A stretch of 64,000 bases of DNA from Haliotis rubra (taxonomy: Eukaryota): assembly GCF_003918875.1 (NCBI RefSeq), contig NW_025766936.1:620001-684000 (forward strand). The letters run 5' to 3'. Every line of letters begins with the position of its first letter. Positions within the stretch are counted from its first letter, which is position 1. Shown here in pieces: positions 59,495-64,000 of the stretch. The notes beneath the pieces are model-generated. The model did not search any database and was not told the origin of the DNA. It saw only the letters and a list, made by a program, of their open reading frames with translations. Made by a program: the position numbers and the translations under genes.

Positions 59495-62400
59495 TCACGG
59501 TATTTTATTGTTCCTCGTGTCTGTTTCCATCACACGAGCGATCCAGGCCAGGTAGGACTTGACGCGAGTGTACAAACGAGGTTCGCCAGGCTGCTCACAT
59601 CCGGCTCCCCACGACGCCAGTCCAAATAGTCGCCATCTTCCGGCCCGGTAACACACGAATGGTGCGCCAGTGTCGGCCTGAACAGTGAACAGTAATGATG
59701 TAAATTCTTACGTAATCATTAGTTTCTAAATTGAAGGTACAAAAATATCTTGGTCCAAAGTTTTAGATATTTATAATAACAATATCTTGAAAATATTGAT
59801 AACTGCGATTTTCAAACATTCCTTCTTTTAAACCTCATATCTATCTGTACGTCTGTCTCGCCTCCCCGTCAGTATATACCTGACACGTGCTCCTCTTGTA
59901 TGTAGTGTTGGAAGCAGCTCAGATGAGCCCTGGGCCGACATTCTCCTGGAACTATCCCTTCCCCTGTATTGCATAGCTCACCTGACACGTGCTCCTCTTG
60001 TCTGTAGTGTTGGAGGCAGCACAGATGATCCCTGGACCGACAGTTTCCTGGAACCAACCGCTGCATCTCCAGCTGCCTTCTACTTGTGTATTCGCCTCCT
60101 TCAGGACCACGTGACCTTGCCCATCTTGCGGGAGTGGAAAATAAATTAGTTGCTTTAAACTAAATGGCATGGCGGATTCCTGTAAATAGTCTGCTATGAC
60201 TGATAGCAATGTTCCTTTCCCTGAAGTAAGAAGTACAAAGCGATCGCAATCCCCACACCTTAACATGGGCATACGACAGTCCCAGCGCTGAACGGAATCC
60301 TGGACATCCCGTTTGACCCAATCTACCACTTAGTCCCCCCATACGAGAAGGGCGTTCCTGGGGACCCATTCTCACCCGGATTTCCACATACACCCGACAC
60401 AGAAGTATCACAACGGTATCACTCATTCATCCATTCTTACTCACCCACCCACTAATTCTACTGTCCATCCCACTCAGCCACTGCTTCAAACACACACACG
60501 TACGCACGGACGCACAAACGCATGGGCGCCCTCACTACTCACTCTGTTTCCCCCAGCCAGTGGTCGCACATCGGTCCTTAGGGTCGACATCGTCGTCATC
60601 GTCGTCAGGTAGACAGATGGTGTTGATGTAGTCGCTGTTTAGGCTGACGGCATGTTGCAGTTTGACAAGTGCCAGATCGTTCCCGTATTGTTGCGGTTTG
60701 AAGCCGTCATGGACGTACACCCTGGAGACGTACAGCTCCTGTTCCGTGCGTTCCCACACATCGATGTCATGCTCCCCCAGCCGGACTCGCCAGGAAGCCG
60801 GATTCTCATTCCTGCAGAGTATAGACTGAATGTAGCGGCGGGTGTATACGGACACTGTGTATATAAAGGCGGTCGTATGAAGACACTGTGTATTTAGAGG
60901 TGGGTGTATACGGACACTGTGGATATAAAGGCGGTCGTATGAAGACACTGTGTATTTAGAGGTGGGTGTATATGGACACTGCGGATATAAAGGCGGTCGT
61001 ATGAAGACACTGTGTATTTAGAGGTGGGTGTATACGGACACTGTGGATATAAAGGCGGTCGTATGTAGACACTGTGTATATAAATGCGGTCGTATGAAGA
61101 CACTGTGTATTTAGATGTGGGTGTATACGGACAGTGTGTATATAAAGGCGGTCGTATGTAGACACTGTGTATTTAGAGGTGGGTGTATACGGACACTGTG
61201 TATATAAAGGCGGTCGTATGTAGACACTGTGTATATGTATGCTGGTGTATATGGACACTGTGTAGATGAAGGAGGTCGTATGTAGACACTGTGTATTTAG
61301 AGGTGGGTGTATATGGACACTGTGTATATAGATGCGAGTGTATACGGACACTGTGTAGATAAAGGCGGTCGTATGTAGACACTGTGTATTTAGAGGTTGG
61401 TGTATATGGACACTGTGTATTTAGATGCGGTCGTATGTTGACACTGTGTATATAGATGCGGGTGTATATGGACACTGTGTATATAAAGGCGGTCGTATGT
61501 AGACACTGTGTATATATATGCGGGTGTATATGGACACTGTGTAGATAAAGGCGGTCGTATGTAGACACTGTGTATTTAGATGCGGGTGTATATGGACACT
61601 GTGTAGATGAAGGAGGTCGTATGTAGACACTGTGTATTTAGAGGTGGGTGTATATGGACACTGTGTATTTAGAGGTGGGTGTATATGGACACTGTGTATA
61701 TAGATGCGGGTGTATATGGACACTGTGTAGATAAAGGCGGTCGTATGTAGACACTGTGTATTTAGAGGTGGGTGTATATGGACACTGTGTGTATAATGGC
61801 GGTTGTATGTAGACACTGTGTATTTAGAGGTGGGTGTATATGGACACTGTGCAGATAAAGGCGGTCGTATGTAGACACTGTGTATATATATGCGGGTGTA
61901 TATGGACACTGTGTAGATAAAGGCGGTCGTATGTAGACACTGTGTATTTAGAGGTGGGTGTATATGGACACTGTGAATATAAAGGCGGTCGTATGTAGAC
62001 ACTGTGTAGATAAAGGCGGTCGTATGTAGACACTGTGTAGATAAAGGCGGTCGTATGTAGACACTGTGTATTTAGAGGTGGGTGTATATGGACACTGTGA
62101 ATATAAAGGCGGTCGTATGTAGACACTGTGTATATATATGCGGGTGTATATGGACACTGTGTATATAAAGGAGGTCGTATGTAGTCACTGTGTATATAGA
62201 TGCGGGTGTATATGGACACTGTGTATTTAGAGGTGGGTGTATATGGACACTGTGTATATAGATGCGGGTGTATATGGACACTGTGTATTTAGAGGTGGGT
62301 GTATATGGACACTGTGTATATAGATGCGGGTGTATGTGGACACTGTGTATATATGAGACACTGTGTATTTAGGTGTATATGGACACTGTGTATATAAAGG

Positions 62401-63716
62401 AGGTCGTATGTAGACACTGTGTATTTAGAGGTGGGTGTATATGGACACTGTGTATTTAGATGTGGGTGTATATGGACACTGTGTATATAAAGGCGGTCGT
62501 ATGTAGACACTGTGTATTTAGAGGTGGGTGTATATGGACACTGTGTATTTAGATGTGGGTGTATATGGACACTGCACGTATGGTAGCGGGTGCACATATA
62601 ATATCAACAATTTCATAAAGATACCAAGCTGGTCCTCAATAAGTTTATTGACATGTTGTTGAATTAGTTTTTGCAAATAACTGGAGAACAGGATGTTTTT
62701 ATTACTGCAGATGAAAGTGAAATAGTATTCATATAATTCAGCATAAACATGTTTTAGTATAGTTAATTTTCCCATGATTTTTTTCCGATCAACCTTCTAG
62801 ATGGCTACCTGTATGCCAAGAGCAAGGTGAAAGGAGAAATTGATGATGTTCAAGTGACTTTCTAATAAATGTTATCTGTGCTCTTATCTGACATGTGATG
62901 TAAAATAATATGGTGCTTGGTCTCATATGTTTGATAGGTACATGTATATAAATTATTTATTTTGATAATATTCATAAGGAAATGTGATCTGGCAAATAGA
63001 TGCTGATGTACATATGTGTTGAATCTGTTGATGCAATATGTCTTAACTTAAAAATCATAATTCATTACATGAATTGATAAAACTATAGTTAATACCTAAT
63101 TCTGTCTTTTTTATCTGGGCACATACCATTATTATCAAGGGTACAGCTTCATTAAGCCTTATGCAACCAACCGTAAAATATGTTGTTTTAAGAGGTCTGT
63201 CTTTTGGGAGGTGTGTCTTATGGGAAGATACCAAATATGACAATGCAAATATACACGATTTCAAAGGTTGGTGGCGGTAAAGCAACCAGTGGTTGTTTAT
63301 ACCGGTGTACTAGACATTGTGCCGTCATGTTTATGCAAAGTAGCACATATTATATCTCACGTTTAGAAGAAACTACTCCAGTTTGCATATTGTCTGTAAA
63401 TCTCTCCGTTACATTTCAGATTTGTAATTTAGTTTTAATTTAGTTTCAGATGGCTGTCACCATTCATAGATCATTATACAGATCACCCTCATCATCATCA
63501 TGAAGAACTCATGCAGCTGTGTTGGTCACCTGCTGAAGCACCCTGCTGCTGTGAGGACCCACTGTGGAGAGATCAGGGCACCGCTACAGGTGTGGTGTGT
63601 GTGGCTGTAGTCTGTCGTCACGCGCAGTGAAGCTTGCCATGGCCACGCCCCCTTCTTGGTCATGTGACCAGCTGGTACGTCAAACAGTGTCGTCGTAAAT
63701 ACCGACGTTCCGCACA
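59495..63716 (-). CDS. Catalytically inactive trypsin-like domain (serine protease homolog); gene starts right of the window
   Basis: Exons 63716-63530 (WPWQASL, TAAGC), 60811-60543 (NDLALVKL, TGWG), 60124-59982 (LKEA..STCQ) and 59677-59495 (ADTGAP..SWGAGC..PRLYTRV, stop TGA). Confidence 0.82.
60832..62576. repeat. 31-bp intronic minisatellite with two alternating variants (about 56 units)
   Basis: GACACTGTGTATTTAGAGGTGGGTGTATATG and GACACTGTGTATATAAAGGCGGTCGTATGTA. Confidence 0.93.
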
Positions 63717-64000
63717 CTGCAATTATAGTGAAGATTAAGTTGTGATACCGTCTAGAATTACACCTGGTCACTTCCTGTGCGTCTCTGTACACTTCCTGTA
63801 GACTTCCTGTACATTACATCTACGGGTTGAAACATGATTGATATGTTTGCAGCCTCACGTGATCTATAGACATTCAAAGTTTATATTTTAGTATAATCCG
63901 TTTCCTCGTTGATACACTTTTGTAATGCTGGAGGGATTTATCTCACTTTCGCCGACGTCTTTCACTTTCAAAGTAAAGTGAAGTAGGGAAGCACCAACAC

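Noticed and set aside
60894-62597. His/Tyr/Thr-rich ORFs in the 31-bp array, and the 41382-41939 ORF in the 26-bp array
   Set aside because: Translations of simple tandem repeats.

Overview
This is a eukaryotic (animal) genomic window with spliceosomal introns, tRNA-derived SINEs, Tc1 elements and many minisatellites. The gene and repeat content suggests a marine lophotrochozoan, probably a mollusc such as a gastropod (inference only). The left 44 kb holds a tandem cluster of intronless nicotinic-receptor-like Cys-loop channel genes: four intact ORFs, one frameshifted chimeric copy and one decayed relic. All full-length copies keep the cation-type M2 'GEK' ring but lack the loop-C vicinal cysteines and most acetylcholine-binding residues, and loop C is hypervariable. 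This recalls the cephalopod chemotactile receptor clusters and is the best candidate for an undescribed sensory system here. The middle copy has the position and 5'/3' composition expected from an anti-Lepore-type unequal crossover. Between the genes lie Tc1 elements, SINEs, a 6.7-kb 44-bp satellite, a 3'-truncated LINE ORF1, a decayed intron-containing Crypton/DUF3504 tyrosine-recombinase gene with two nested MITEs, and several minisatellites. The right 17 kb (minus strand) encodes a spliced LDLa-CUB-CUB-CUB-LDLa-trypsin protease, preceded by a catalytically dead trypsin-like domain. One of its introns holds about 23 tandem copies of its own 3' splice site, and its last intron is GC-AG.
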